From positions 1 through 41,297 of the forward strand of contig CAYWWG010000002.1 in the NCBI GenBank assembly GCA_964461985.1: a stretch of DNA of 41,297 nucleotides, read 5' to 3'. Source of the DNA: an uncultured Candidatus Saccharibacteria bacterium (GTDB taxonomy: Bacteria; Patescibacteriota; Minisyncoccia; Phycocordibacterales; UBA9973). Positions 8,463 through 16,840 of this stretch are shown in pieces (within the stretch, counting starts at the first letter, position 1; every line of letters begins with the position of its first letter). A program made the position numbers and the translations under genes. The notes below the pieces were generated by a model, which ran no database searches, was not told where the DNA came from, and saw only the letters and a program-made list of their open reading frames with translations.

Positions 8463-8490
8463 AAAAAACTCTTCGAAAGAAGAGTTTTTT
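8463..8490 (+). terminator. Intrinsic terminator of rnpB
   Basis: AAAAAACTCTTC-GAAA-GAAGAGTTTTTT. Confidence 0.85.
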
Positions 8491-8516
8491 CTCTTCATAA
8501 TAAATTTAAAATAAAC

Positions 8517-8544
8517 TTGACATTTAGGGCATATTTGCTATACT
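8517..8544 (+). promoter_or_regulatory. Near-consensus promoter of small transcription unit 1
   Basis: TTGACA (8517-8522), 16 nt spacer, TGC-TATACT (8536-8544). The flanks match the promoters at 1922-1950 and 11771-11799 (CTTGAC.TTTAG...TGCTATACT). Confidence 0.7.
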
Positions 8545-8550
8545 AGTACT

Positions 8551-8642
8551 GTGAGTGATGAACTCCACAACAGTACCGGATATTTTTAAATTGATGGTGC
8601 TGGAAGCCATACAAATCGCCCTTCGGGGCGATTTGTGTTTCT
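8551..8642 (+). ncRNA. Candidate small RNA 1 (~90 nt), family unknown
   Basis: Bounded by the promoter above and a UUCG-capped terminator, ACAAATCGCCC-TTCG-GGGCGATTTGT plus GTTTCT (8611-8642). The 5' hairpin is GTACTGTGAGTG...ACTCCACAACAGTAC. The only ORF (39 aa from 8558) runs through the terminator. Confidence 0.5.
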
Positions 8643-8647
8643 ATTCC

Positions 8648-8675
8648 TTGCCGAAATTTAAATATACTATATAAT
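8648..8675 (+). promoter_or_regulatory. Promoter of small transcription unit 2
   Basis: TTGCCG (8648-8653), 16 nt spacer, TATAAT (8670-8675). Confidence 0.55.
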
Positions 8676-8681
8676 AAACCC

Positions 8682-8813
8682 ATTGTTCATTTTGTGCAGA
8701 AAACGGTTGCACTCACATAGGCTTTGTGGAGTTTGCCCCGTTTTCTGCACCAAGTGCGTAATAAACTAAATACTAAAGGCCGGTATGTTATAGTACCGGC
8801 CTTTAATGTTTTA
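8682..8813 (+). ncRNA. Candidate small RNA 2 (~130 nt), family unknown
   Basis: Perfect 13-bp stem, GTGCAGAAAACGG (8694-8706) with CCGTTTTCTGCAC (8738-8750), enclosing an inner hairpin. The terminator is an 11-bp stem, AAAGGCCGGTA...TACCGGCCTTT (8775-8804), followed by AATGTTTT. No plausible ORF. Confidence 0.5.
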
Positions 8814-9080
8814 TTGTAAATTAAAAAATAATTTTAGAATTTAAATATTAATGCAACATTTTTGTGTTTTGTTGGGCATTATGTATTTTGTATTAATTTA
8901 GCTAAATTTTGGTATTTTTATTAAGAATATTTTTAAAAATATTATTTTTAAAAAATTTTGTAAATAAAATATTGTTTTATATGGGTAGAAAAACATTTTT
9001 TTACATAGTGTATAGTAAACTTTACATTATTATTTTTTAAAAAAATAATTTTAAAAAATAAAAAATATTTTTTGTGCGAG

Positions 9081-9089
9081 TTATCCACA
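9081..9089 (+). promoter_or_regulatory. Perfect consensus DnaA box TTATCCACA within a ~400 bp AT-rich tract
   Basis: Exact 9-mer match. I saw only this one perfect box in the tract. Confidence 0.4.
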
Positions 9090-9222
9090 GTTTTTGTGTA
9101 AATATATTTGCGAGTGATAATAATGTTTGCGATAATGAATGTAGCAGTAATGCAAATCTCATTTAATTATGAAAGGTCGTGCATTATGCTTATCAATAAA
9201 AATACACACACAATTATTTTTT

Positions 9223-9315
9223 ATGGCAACAAAAAAGAAAGCAGTAAAAAAGGCAGTTAAAAAATCAGCAAAAAAGGCTGTTAAAAAAGCTGCAAAAAAG
9301 ACAAAAAAAATATAG
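9223..9315 (+). CDS. 30-aa Lys/Ala-rich basic micro-protein (MATKKKAVKKAVKKSAKKAVKKAAKKTKKI)
   Basis: My own translation: ATG at 9223, TAG at 9313-9315. It is not in the ORF track because it is under 60 aa. A terminator follows immediately. The A/V-KK repeats resemble histone H1/HU-tail low-complexity segments. Confidence 0.5.
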   Translation: MATKKKAVKKAVKKSAKKAVKKAAKKTKKI

Positions 9316-9330
9316 TCTTTTAACTAAAGA

Positions 9331-9366
9331 AAAACCCCGGTATGTCGATAGCATATCGGGTTTTTC
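9331..9366 (+). terminator. Intrinsic terminator after the micro-ORF
   Basis: CCCGGTATG-loop-CATATCGGG (9 bp including one G-U pair) followed by TTTTT. It abuts the secA -10 box. Confidence 0.7.
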
Positions 9367-9383
9367 TGTGCTATAATGCTTCC

Positions 9384-11678
9384 ATGTCATTGTTAAATCT
9401 ATTTAAAAACAAGCACGAAAAAACAGTTCTGTCGTACAAGCCGATCATTGCATCGGTTGCGTCTTTTGAGTCAGAAATGCAGGCATTAGCTGATGCAGAT
9501 TTTCCACTAGAAACAAATAAACTTAAAGAACAAATACAGTCCGGTAAAACACTCGACGAAGTTTTGCCCCGCGCGTATGCTTTAGTGCGAGAAGCTTCAC
9601 GTCGTGTTATAGGTCAGCGCCATTACGATGAACAAATTATCGGTGGTATAGCTATACACCGCGGCATGATAGCTGAAATGCGTACAGGTGAAGGTAAAAC
9701 TTTGGTAGCAACATTACCGGCATATCTGCACGCACTTACAGGTCTGGGTGTACATATAGTTACAGTTAACGATTACCTTGCACGTCGTGACGCAACATGG
9801 ATGGGGCAGATTTTTGCATTTCTAGGCGTATCTACATCTGTTATTAATGGTCAACAAACTTCATATATATATGACGCATCACATAGTGCACCAGAAGACA
9901 CTAACGATGACGAATCTTTCCGTGTTGTGTACGAAAAACTTCGACCATGTACACGAATCGAAGCTTATCAGGCAGATATAACTTATGGTACAAACAGTGA
10001 GTTTGGTTTTGACTACTTACGCGACAACCTGGTTTACTCTGTGGATCAACGCAGTCAACGTGGTCATGTTTATGCTATTGTCGACGAAATAGATTCAATA
10101 TTAATCGACGAAGCGCGCACGCCTTTAATTATTTCTTCGGAAGCTGAGAAATCTGACGAGCTTTATAAAACTTCAGCAAGTGTTGCAAAAAAGCTACAAA
10201 AAGAAGTCGACTACACAGTGGATGAAAAACTTAAAGCCATACAACTAACTAACGACGGTATAAACCATGTCGAGTCTTTGCTTGGTGTTACAGATATATA
10301 TACAGAAAAAGGTATAAAATATGTACATCATATAGAAACGGCTGTGCGTGCATATGCATTATATATAAAAGATAAAGACTATGTAGTTAAGAATAACGAA
10401 GTTATAATAGTTGACCCTTTTACTGGCCGTATGCAACCAGGTCGCCGATGGTCTGAAGGTCTACACCAAGCCGTAGAAGCCAAAGAGGGTGTGCCAATCG
10501 AAAACGAAACACGTTCTGTTGCGTCCATAACATACCAAAACTATTTCCGTTTTTACGAAAAACTCGGTGGCATGACAGGTACAGCAGAAACTTCAGCTGA
10601 GGAGTTTTATAAAGTTTACAAATTAGATGTATTACAGATACCAACACATTTACCTGTAAAACGTATTGACCATATGGACCAAATTTACCAAACTGAACAA
10701 GGTAAATTCAAAGCCATAGCAGAAAAAGTTAAAGAACTTCAAACAAAGGGTCAACCTGTATTAATAGGTACTGTGTCTATTGAAAAAAGTGAAATGCTTT
10801 CTGCGTATCTGCATCAAGCCGGAGTTGCTCATACTGTATTGAATGCTAAGAACCATGAAAAAGAAGGTGAGATTATAGCCCAGGCGGGTCGCAAGGGTAG
10901 TGTTGTCGTTGCAACTAACATGGCGGGTCGTGGTGTGGACATATCTCTAGGTGGTAAACCATGTACACCAGAACAAGCAGACGAAGTGCGCGCACTGGGT
11001 GGTTTGTTTGTATTAGGTACCGAGCGCCACGAAGCTCGTCGTATAGATAACCAGTTACGCGGACGTTCAGGCCGTCAAGGTGACCCAGGTGAAACAGTGT
11101 TCTATGTATCATTAGAAGACGACCTAATGCGTATATTCGGTGGGGACAGACTTAAATCTATGATGGGTCGTTTCGGTATACCTGAGGAAACGCCTATCGA
11201 AAATAAAATAATTAGTCGCACACTAGAAAATGCTCAAGCTAAAATAGAAGGTTTCCATTTTGATGCACGTAAAAGCACTTTGGAATACGATGATGTTTTA
11301 AATACTCAGCGTACGGCTATATATAAACGGCGTAATAGTATTGTCGAAGGTGACCGGGCAGTTTTGAATTCATATCTAGAATCTCTTTCTGAAATAGACG
11401 AGAAGGCACCCGAGATAGTTGCTAACAAGATCAAAGAAGTAGGTGAAGAAGCTTTTTTTGATGTTCTAAGACGTATTTTACTGAACGTAAACGATAATTT
11501 GTGGGTAGAACACCTTGAAACTATGGACTATATGCGTAGTTCTGTTAACCTTCGAGCCTATGGTCAACGAGATCCATTGATCGAATACAAGAAAGAAGGC
11601 TTACGCCTATTTAAGACCATGGAACAGTCTCTAAAGGCCGAAACTTTGAACCTAATTGAGACCATAAGAATACAGTAA
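9384..11678 (+). CDS. secA: Preprotein translocase ATPase SecA
   Basis: Conserved throughout (MRTGEGKTLVATLPAYLHAL, DEIDSILIDEARTPLIIS, TNMAGRGVDI, LRGRSGRQGDPG). I start at ATG 9384 (MSLLNLFK) rather than 9342, because TATAAT at 9372-9377 lies 6 nt upstream of it. Confidence 0.97.
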   Translation: MSLLNLFKNKHEKTVLSYKPIIASVASFESEMQALADADFPLETNKLKEQIQSGKTLDEVLPRAYALVREASRRVIGQRHYDEQIIGGIAIHRGMIAEMRTGEGKTLVATLPAYLHALTGLGVHIVTVNDYLARRDATWMGQIFAFLGVSTSVINGQQTSYIYDASHSAPEDTNDDESFRVVYEKLRPCTRIEAYQADITYGTNSEFGFDYLRDNLVYSVDQRSQRGHVYAIVDEIDSILIDEARTPLIISSEAEKSDELYKTSASVAKKLQKEVDYTVDEKLKAIQLTNDGINHVESLLGVTDIYTEKGIKYVHHIETAVRAYALYIKDKDYVVKNNEVIIVDPFTGRMQPGRRWSEGLHQAVEAKEGVPIENETRSVASITYQNYFRFYEKLGGMTGTAETSAEEFYKVYKLDVLQIPTHLPVKRIDHMDQIYQTEQGKFKAIAEKVKELQTKGQPVLIGTVSIEKSEMLSAYLHQAGVAHTVLNAKNHEKEGEIIAQAGRKGSVVVATNMAGRGVDISLGGKPCTPEQADEVRALGGLFVLGTERHEARRIDNQLRGRSGRQGDPGETVFYVSLEDDLMRIFGGDRLKSMMGRFGIPEETPIENKIISRTLENAQAKIEGFHFDARKSTLEYDDVLNTQRTAIYKRRNSIVEGDRAVLNSYLESLSEIDEKAPEIVANKIKEVGEEAFFDVLRRILLNVNDNLWVEHLETMDYMRSSVNLRAYGQRDPLIEYKKEGLRLFKTMEQSLKAETLNLIETIRIQ

Positions 11679-11696
11679 AATCAAGTCTTTTATATC

Positions 11697-11726
11697 AAAA
11701 AACCCTTATAAAATAAGGGTTTTTTG
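11697..11726 (+). terminator. Intrinsic terminator of secA
   Basis: AAAAAACCCTTA-TAAAA-TAAGGGTTTTTT. Confidence 0.85.
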
Positions 11727-11770
11727 TATTTAAATACAACACAAAATAATATAAAGTCAATGTTTAGTGC

Positions 11771-11799
11771 TTGACTTTTAGACCCCAATTTGCTATACT
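11771..11799 (+). promoter_or_regulatory. Consensus promoter for the 11918 gene
   Basis: TTGACT (11771-11776), 17 nt spacer, TGC-TATACT (11791-11799). Confidence 0.7.
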
Positions 11800-11917
11800 T
11801 GACTCATAACCGAATAATCAATTTGAAGTATATTTGTACAACTAATTGATTATAGGTTTTTTTGCTTTTAGGGCAAAATATTTCTACCACTGGTTTAAGG
11901 GAGCAAAACCCCCACCT

Positions 11918-12481
11918 ATGAAAAACAAAATCAATTTAACATTTCTTCAGTCAATGATAGTAATGCCGCTTATGGCAATGAGTATCGCGCAAGCGACTCC
12001 AGGAAGCGCTACGATCTTAACAGATGCAAATGTACAGAATCAAGTATCCGTTTTAAGCGAAGCTGATTTGCGCGAACGTGCAGAGATAGCCGCTAAAATC
12101 GACCAATATTATGCTGATCACAATATGCCACTAGCTGGCTATGGTGCAAAGATGGTGGAAGTCGCTTATGAAAACGACCTTGACCCATATCTTATTCCAG
12201 CTTTATCAGTGCGTGAATCAACAGGTGGTAAGTTTGCATGTAAAACACATGCAAACAACCCCTTCGGTTGGGCATCATGTAAAGTAGGGTTTGACACAAT
12301 GGATAGTGCCATTGAAAAAATTGGTCAACACTTAGGTGGTAACCACCCGAAAACATCTTCTTACTATAAAGACAAAGATATTGCGGGTATCCTCCAGACC
12401 TACAACCCTCCTTCTGTTGTGCCAGGTTATGCTAATCAAGTTATGTCTATCATGACAAAGATTAAAAATACCGAAGCCTAA
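11918..12481 (+). CDS. Secreted GH73-like (glucosaminidase/FlgJ-type) peptidoglycan hydrolase
   Basis: I start at ATG 11918 (MKNKINLTFLQSMIVMPLMAMSIAQA, a signal peptide). RESTGGKF....NNPFGW resembles the ESG.G...NN.FG motif of the glucosaminidase family. Confidence 0.5.
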   Translation: MKNKINLTFLQSMIVMPLMAMSIAQATPGSATILTDANVQNQVSVLSEADLRERAEIAAKIDQYYADHNMPLAGYGAKMVEVAYENDLDPYLIPALSVRESTGGKFACKTHANNPFGWASCKVGFDTMDSAIEKIGQHLGGNHPKTSSYYKDKDIAGILQTYNPPSVVPGYANQVMSIMTKIKNTEA

Positions 12482-12490
12482 CAGATTCGT

Positions 12491-12519
12491 AAAAACCCTC
12501 GCATTCGGCGAGGGTTTTT
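12491..12519. terminator. Bidirectional terminator between the 11918 gene and dnaE
   Basis: AAAAACCCTCGC-ATTC-GGCGAGGGTTTTT. Confidence 0.85.
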
Positions 12520-12535
12520 ACATTTTATATTTATA

Positions 12536-15500
12536 TTAAACCAGGGCTATAACTTTTTCTATAACAATACTTTTTTCGTCATTACGTACTGTTGTACGTC
12601 CGGCGATACCCAGTGTTGGTGAAGATTCTACTATTTTTATAAATTCACGGTAGTTTTTTGGAAAAATTACTGCTTCTATCGAACCTGTTTTGTCAGCTAT
12701 TTTTAAGAATGCCATAAATTCACCAGTTTTTGTTTGGACTTTACGAATTTCTTCTACTATTGCCCCTAATTGTACTATACCTGTTTTCTTTTTAGATTTC
12801 TTAATTTCTTCGATCGTGTTTTTACCTTCTAATCTTTTGGCAAAGTTATCCAGCGGGTGTCCTGAAATATACAAACCTAACAATTCTTTTTCCCAGTTGA
12901 GTTTTTCGGTTAGAGTAGCTGGTTCTGTAGGGGTTAGTTTTAGTTGATGTTGAGCAAGTCCGATAGAAAACAATGAAGATTGGCTGTCTGACTTACGAGC
13001 GTATTCGCGATTGTATTCTAGTAACGCTTCAGAATTTACTAATAGTTGATTACGTTCACCTAGGTCGTCGAAAGCTCCAGACTTTATAAGTGCCTCCATA
13101 GACTTCTTGTTTAAGTTTTTATGGGTCATACGATCTAGGAAGTTGTCGATAGAGGTAAACGGTCCACGGGCTTTACGTTCTGCTATGATAGCGTCGGCTA
13201 TGTCACCACCGAGGTTTTTAATTGTATACAAACCGAAACGTATTGTTCGGCTTTTATCTAATGGCACTCTGTCTTCCTTTGCAATAGTAAAAGCATGGAA
13301 ACTTTCGTTTATTGATGGAGGCAATATATTCAGACCCATGCGTCGGCATTCGTTGATGTATATACCAATGGTTTCAATGTCGCCTGATTCGGCTGTTAAC
13401 ATAGCTGTCATGTAGTAAACAGGGTAGTTGGCCTTCATGTAGGCAGTTTGATATGCAACTTTACCATATGACGCAGCATGAGCTTTGTTAAAACCGTAAC
13501 CTTGGAAAGGTTCAAACAGTGCCCATATTTTTTCGGCTTGGTGTTCAGTAAGTCCAGAACAGCTTTTACAACCTTCCACGAACTTAACGTGTTGTTTAGC
13601 CATTTCCTCTGGGATCTTTTTACCAACCGCTTTACGGAATTTATCTACTTCACCCCAGTCGTAGCCGGCTAATTCGATAGCGGTAAACAACAAGTCGTCT
13701 TGGTAAACTAACAACCCGAATGTAGTTAGAAGGTAGTCCTTCATTTTCGGGTGGTAGTAGATAATGGGTTTTTCTCCGTTCTTTCGTGCAATATATTCGT
13801 CGATCGTTTGCATCGGACCCGGGCGGTATAATGCCACCATAACGTTTATGTCGTGTATGGTTGTTGGTTTCAGTTTCTTTAGGGCTTGTGTCATGCCTGA
13901 TCCGTTAAGTTGGAACAAGCCCTCTGTTTCTCCGCGAGCAAGCATTTCGAAAGTTTTTTTGTCGTCTATTGGCACTGTGTCGAGGTCTATAACTTTACCA
14001 GTTATTTTTTCAAGCAGTAGTACACTTGAAGCTAAAAATGCTAAGTTACGTATACCCAGGAAGTCAAACTTAGTTAAACCAACACCGTCTTCACCAACCG
14101 AATACATATCATACTGGGTTATAAGTTTACCACCCTTCGGGTCGAATTGTACGGGTGTAAAATCCGTCAGTGGTCCAGGGGCAATAACTACACCGGCAGC
14201 ATGCACTGAAATGTGTCTGGCTGAACCTTCGATTTTTTTAGCTAGGTCAATAATGGTTTTAACGTCACGTTCACTGTCGTAGGCTTCTTTGAGTTCAGGT
14301 ACAATTTCTAATGCATGGTCGAGCGTCATCGGAAAACCTTGACTACCCATGGGTATCATTTTACTTATTCTGTCTCCTGTGGTGTATGGGTAGCCTAATG
14401 CGCGGGCTACGTCACGTACGGCACCACGGGCAGCCATAGTACCAAAAGTACCGATCTGAGCTACTTTTTCAGCACCGTATTTTTGACGGGCATATTCTAT
14501 AAGTTCGTCGCGTCTGTCGTCGGCAATATCTAGATCTATATCGGGTGCCGATGGGCGAAACGGGTTTAGAAAACGTTCAAAAGGTAGTTTATATAAAATA
14601 GGGTCTACGTTTGTAATACCACAAACATAAGATACAAAAGACCCCGCTGCCGATCCACGAGTGTTTGTTAAAATTCCGTTTTCACGAGCATGGCGCATCA
14701 GGTCGTGCATGATCAAGAAATAAGAAGAATAACCTTTGGTTTTTATAACCTCAAGTTCGTAGTCTAAACGAGCTTTAACGTTTTCGTCCATTTCTATACC
14801 TCGGGTTTTTATGCCCGCGTATGCGGTTTCGCGTAACACGTCGTCGGCATTGGTACCAGGTGGTAGTATAAATTCCGGGAAGAAGAATTTACCTAAGGTA
14901 AGTTCTAAATTACAGCGTTCTACTATAACAGCAGTGTTGTCGTATGCGCCAGGAATGTTGCGGAAAAATTCGTATGCTTCAGCAGATGTAATAAAAGAAT
15001 AGTTGCCGTTTTTCATACTCATTTTCTGGTTGCTTATATCAGCACCAGTGTTTATAGCAACTAGTGTATCTTGGGCTTCAGCGTCGCTGACGTGTAGGTA
15101 GTGTGCGTCCCATGTACCAACTAGTGGTATGTTGTATTCTTTAGATAGGGCAATAAGGTGCTGGATAACTTCTTGGTAGCCATCTATTTCGGCATGGTTC
15201 ATTACTTCGATATACAAATTTTCACGCCCGAAAATATTAATCCACTCTTCTAAAACTTCTTTAGCTTTTGGAATGTTTTTATTTAACAACATTTGTGCAA
15301 GCTCGCCACCAGGGCAACCAGTTAAACATATTATACCTTCGCTATATGTGCTTAGTATTTCTTTGTCCATGCGTGGTTTGTAGTAGAAACCTTCTGTGTA
15401 TGATAGGGAAACAAGTTTAAGCAAGTTTTTGTAACCTGTCATGTTTTCCGCTAACAGTGTTAGATGGTAGCGCTTGTTATCTATTCCTGGGTCGCGGTCA

Positions 15501-15733
15501 AAACGGCTACGTGGGGCAACGTATGCCTCAACTCCGATGATCGGTTTTATTTCTTTTTTCTTACATTCCTGATAAAACTCGATAGCCCCGTATAGGTTGC
15601 CGTGGTCGGTTAATGCAATAGCTTGCATGCCGTCGGCTTTTGCAGCCTTTACTAGTTCAGGTATTTTAGAAAGCCCATCTAATAGGGAATAATGCGAATG
15701 GGTATGAAGATGAGTAAAAGGCTTTACTTCCAT
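12536..15733 (-). CDS. dnaE: DNA polymerase III alpha subunit
   Basis: PHP domain (FTHLHTHSHYSLLDG), polymerase core (GRMPDIDLDI-like PDIDLDIADDRRDE, KFDFLGIRNL) and an OB-fold C-terminus. 1065 aa. TATAAT at 15746-15741 lies 7 nt upstream of the ATG. Confidence 0.97.
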   Translation of the reverse strand: MEVKPFTHLHTHSHYSLLDGLSKIPELVKAAKADGMQAIALTDHGNLYGAIEFYQECKKKEIKPIIGVEAYVAPRSRFDRDPGIDNKRYHLTLLAENMTGYKNLLKLVSLSYTEGFYYKPRMDKEILSTYSEGIICLTGCPGGELAQMLLNKNIPKAKEVLEEWINIFGRENLYIEVMNHAEIDGYQEVIQHLIALSKEYNIPLVGTWDAHYLHVSDAEAQDTLVAINTGADISNQKMSMKNGNYSFITSAEAYEFFRNIPGAYDNTAVIVERCNLELTLGKFFFPEFILPPGTNADDVLRETAYAGIKTRGIEMDENVKARLDYELEVIKTKGYSSYFLIMHDLMRHARENGILTNTRGSAAGSFVSYVCGITNVDPILYKLPFERFLNPFRPSAPDIDLDIADDRRDELIEYARQKYGAEKVAQIGTFGTMAARGAVRDVARALGYPYTTGDRISKMIPMGSQGFPMTLDHALEIVPELKEAYDSERDVKTIIDLAKKIEGSARHISVHAAGVVIAPGPLTDFTPVQFDPKGGKLITQYDMYSVGEDGVGLTKFDFLGIRNLAFLASSVLLLEKITGKVIDLDTVPIDDKKTFEMLARGETEGLFQLNGSGMTQALKKLKPTTIHDINVMVALYRPGPMQTIDEYIARKNGEKPIIYYHPKMKDYLLTTFGLLVYQDDLLFTAIELAGYDWGEVDKFRKAVGKKIPEEMAKQHVKFVEGCKSCSGLTEHQAEKIWALFEPFQGYGFNKAHAASYGKVAYQTAYMKANYPVYYMTAMLTAESGDIETIGIYINECRRMGLNILPPSINESFHAFTIAKEDRVPLDKSRTIRFGLYTIKNLGGDIADAIIAERKARGPFTSIDNFLDRMTHKNLNKKSMEALIKSGAFDDLGERNQLLVNSEALLEYNREYARKSDSQSSLFSIGLAQHQLKLTPTEPATLTEKLNWEKELLGLYISGHPLDNFAKRLEGKNTIEEIKKSKKKTGIVQLGAIVEEIRKVQTKTGEFMAFLKIADKTGSIEAVIFPKNYREFIKIVESSPTLGIAGRTTVRNDEKSIVIEKVIALV

Positions 15734-15821
15734 AGGCCCTATTATACGCTTTTACGCGAACTGACGAAATGTTGACAAACGGGGTGTATATGGGTAAAGT
15801 TAGGTCAAAATATATAGTTAT

Positions 15822-16064
15822 ATGGCACACATACCAACTAATTTCAAATGTCACTGCGGTGGTGCTGTGGTGCATAATTTAAAAAAAGTTTACTCGGGTA
15901 ATAATGGAATAATCGGACCTGGAGGAAGAGCTTTTTATGATATGGAACAATCCTTTAATTGTTCTGAATGTGGCTGTGTTTATGTTCCGACTGAGAAAAA
16001 TAAATTGAAAATTCTTCCTGAATCCGAAGCAAATGAAGCTTATATTGAGGCTTCGAGAAAGTGA
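15822..16064 (+). CDS. Small zinc-ribbon-like hypothetical protein
   Basis: Two Cys pairs, KCHCGG and NCSECGC, about 40 aa apart. A terminator follows directly. This is the only gene in the window that ends in TGA. Confidence 0.45.
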   Translation: MAHIPTNFKCHCGGAVVHNLKKVYSGNNGIIGPGGRAFYDMEQSFNCSECGCVYVPTEKNKLKILPESEANEAYIEASRK

Positions 16065-16068
16065 AAAA

Positions 16069-16100
16069 TAAAACCGAACTACATTGTTGTTCGGTTTTTT
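16069..16100 (+). terminator. Intrinsic terminator
   Basis: AAACCGAAC-loop-GTTCGGTTT followed by a T-tract. Confidence 0.8.
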
Positions 16101-16114
16101 TAATGCAGTATCCA

Positions 16115-16139
16115 CAGATAGTGCTTCAGGCACTATCTG
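16115..16139. repeat. REP-like hairpin 1 (CAGATAGTGC-TTCAG-GCACTATCTG)
   Basis: Perfect 10-bp stem. The 3' arm overlaps the expected -35 position of the RAYT promoter. Confidence 0.75.
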
Positions 16140-16168
16140 GTGTTTCTATGAATTGATATAATTAAAAT

Positions 16169-16840
16169 ATGCGTAAAGAACCTTTAGTGACAGGTGAATA
16201 TTATCATATATATAATCGTGGTGTAGATAAGCGTGATATTTTTATGTGCAAAGAAGACCTAGAACGTTTTATTGAAAGTATTTTAGAGTTTAATAATGTC
16301 GAGGTTATTACCAGTATATCAAATGTAAGAAAAACAAAGAACCAGATAGTGCCTGAAGCACTATCTGGTAAACCGCTAATCTCTGTTATTGGTTGTTGCT
16401 TGAATCCAAATCATTTTCATTTTATTTTGAAACAATTAGAAGATGGGGGTATATCTAAATTCATGCAAAAACTACAAGCAGGATATACATATTATTTAAA
16501 TGTTAAAAATTCTCGCACAGGTGCATTGTTGCAAGGTGCTTTTAAATCGCATCATATCTATGATGATAATTATTTTAAAAAACTGATTGGTTATGTAAAT
16601 TTTAATAACGAAGTACATGATATACCTTTAGAAAAATCACACCTAGTTTTCTCTGGTAGTTCAGAATATAAAAATAATAATTTCAATGTTATTTCAAAAA
16701 TAGAAGGTGAAAATATTTTAAAAATGTTTGGTGGTGTAAAGGGATTTGAAAAATATTGTAAAGAAATAATTTCTGTAATCAGAAAAGAAAGAGGTAAAAT
16801 GTCATTGTTAGAAGAAGATAATTTACCAGATAGGACCTAA
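16169..16840 (+). CDS. REP-associated tyrosine transposase (RAYT; IS200/IS605-like Y1 HUH family)
   Basis: The GEYYHIYNRGVDKRDIF N-terminus, the HUH motif in NPNHFHFILKQ, and the Tyr-containing helix QAGYTYYLN...RTGALLQGAFKSHHI are typical of PF01797-type RAYTs. TATAAT at 16157-16162 lies 6 nt before the ATG. Confidence 0.8.
   Translation: MRKEPLVTGEYYHIYNRGVDKRDIFMCKEDLERFIESILEFNNVEVITSISNVRKTKNQIVPEALSGKPLISVIGCCLNPNHFHFILKQLEDGGISKFMQKLQAGYTYYLNVKNSRTGALLQGAFKSHHIYDDNYFKKLIGYVNFNNEVHDIPLEKSHLVFSGSSEYKNNNFNVISKIEGENILKMFGGVKGFEKYCKEIISVIRKERGKMSLLEEDNLPDRT
16341..16369. repeat. REP-like hairpin 2, in frame inside the RAYT coding sequence
   Basis: ACCAGATAGTGC-CTGAA-GCACTATCTGGT, a perfect 12-bp stem. 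Its 25-nt core is the exact reverse complement of hairpin 1. It encodes residues N58-G67 (NQIVPEALSG). Confidence 0.8.

Noticed and set aside
8558-8677. 39-aa ORF (MNSTTVPDIFKLMVLEAIQIALRGDLCFYSLPKFKYTI) inside small RNA unit 1
   Set aside because: The strong UUCG-capped terminator (8611-8642) lies inside this frame, so a transcript ending there would have no stop codon. The ATG is also 13 nt from the -10 box, outside the N6-10 pattern. I kept it as non-coding, but it is not excluded.
8551-8813. Attempt to assign the two small RNAs (and the one at 29074-29193) to SRP RNA, tmRNA or 6S RNA
   Set aside because: There is no GNRA-capped domain IV with AGCA/GGAA loops (SRP), no tRNA-like acceptor or T-arm ending in CCA (tmRNA), and the length and shape are wrong for 6S. 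Identity stays unknown rather than assigned.
9342-9383. N-terminal extensions in the six-frame track (9342, 11846, 17033, 27269, 36131, 26980, 4827)
   Set aside because: The extended segments are hydrophobic, low-complexity read-through of promoter or terminator DNA. Conserved protein N-termini and the -10 box spacing support the internal ATGs that I used.
11890-11917. AAGGGAG upstream of the 11918 start as a possible Shine-Dalgarno site
   Set aside because: It lies about 21 nt from the ATG, too far for SD function. The 16S tail also lacks the complementary CCUCC.
13764-14282. 172-aa plus-strand ORF, and similar long ORFs at 1999-2445(-), 19633-19965(-), 28270-28797(-), 32956-33300(-) and 38679-39017(-)
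   Set aside because: All are antisense shadows within well-supported genes (dnaE, the FN3 protein, the 130-aa gene, FAD oxidase, prfA, rplI). Their Ser/Leu/Cys/Phe-rich compositions are typical of antisense frames.
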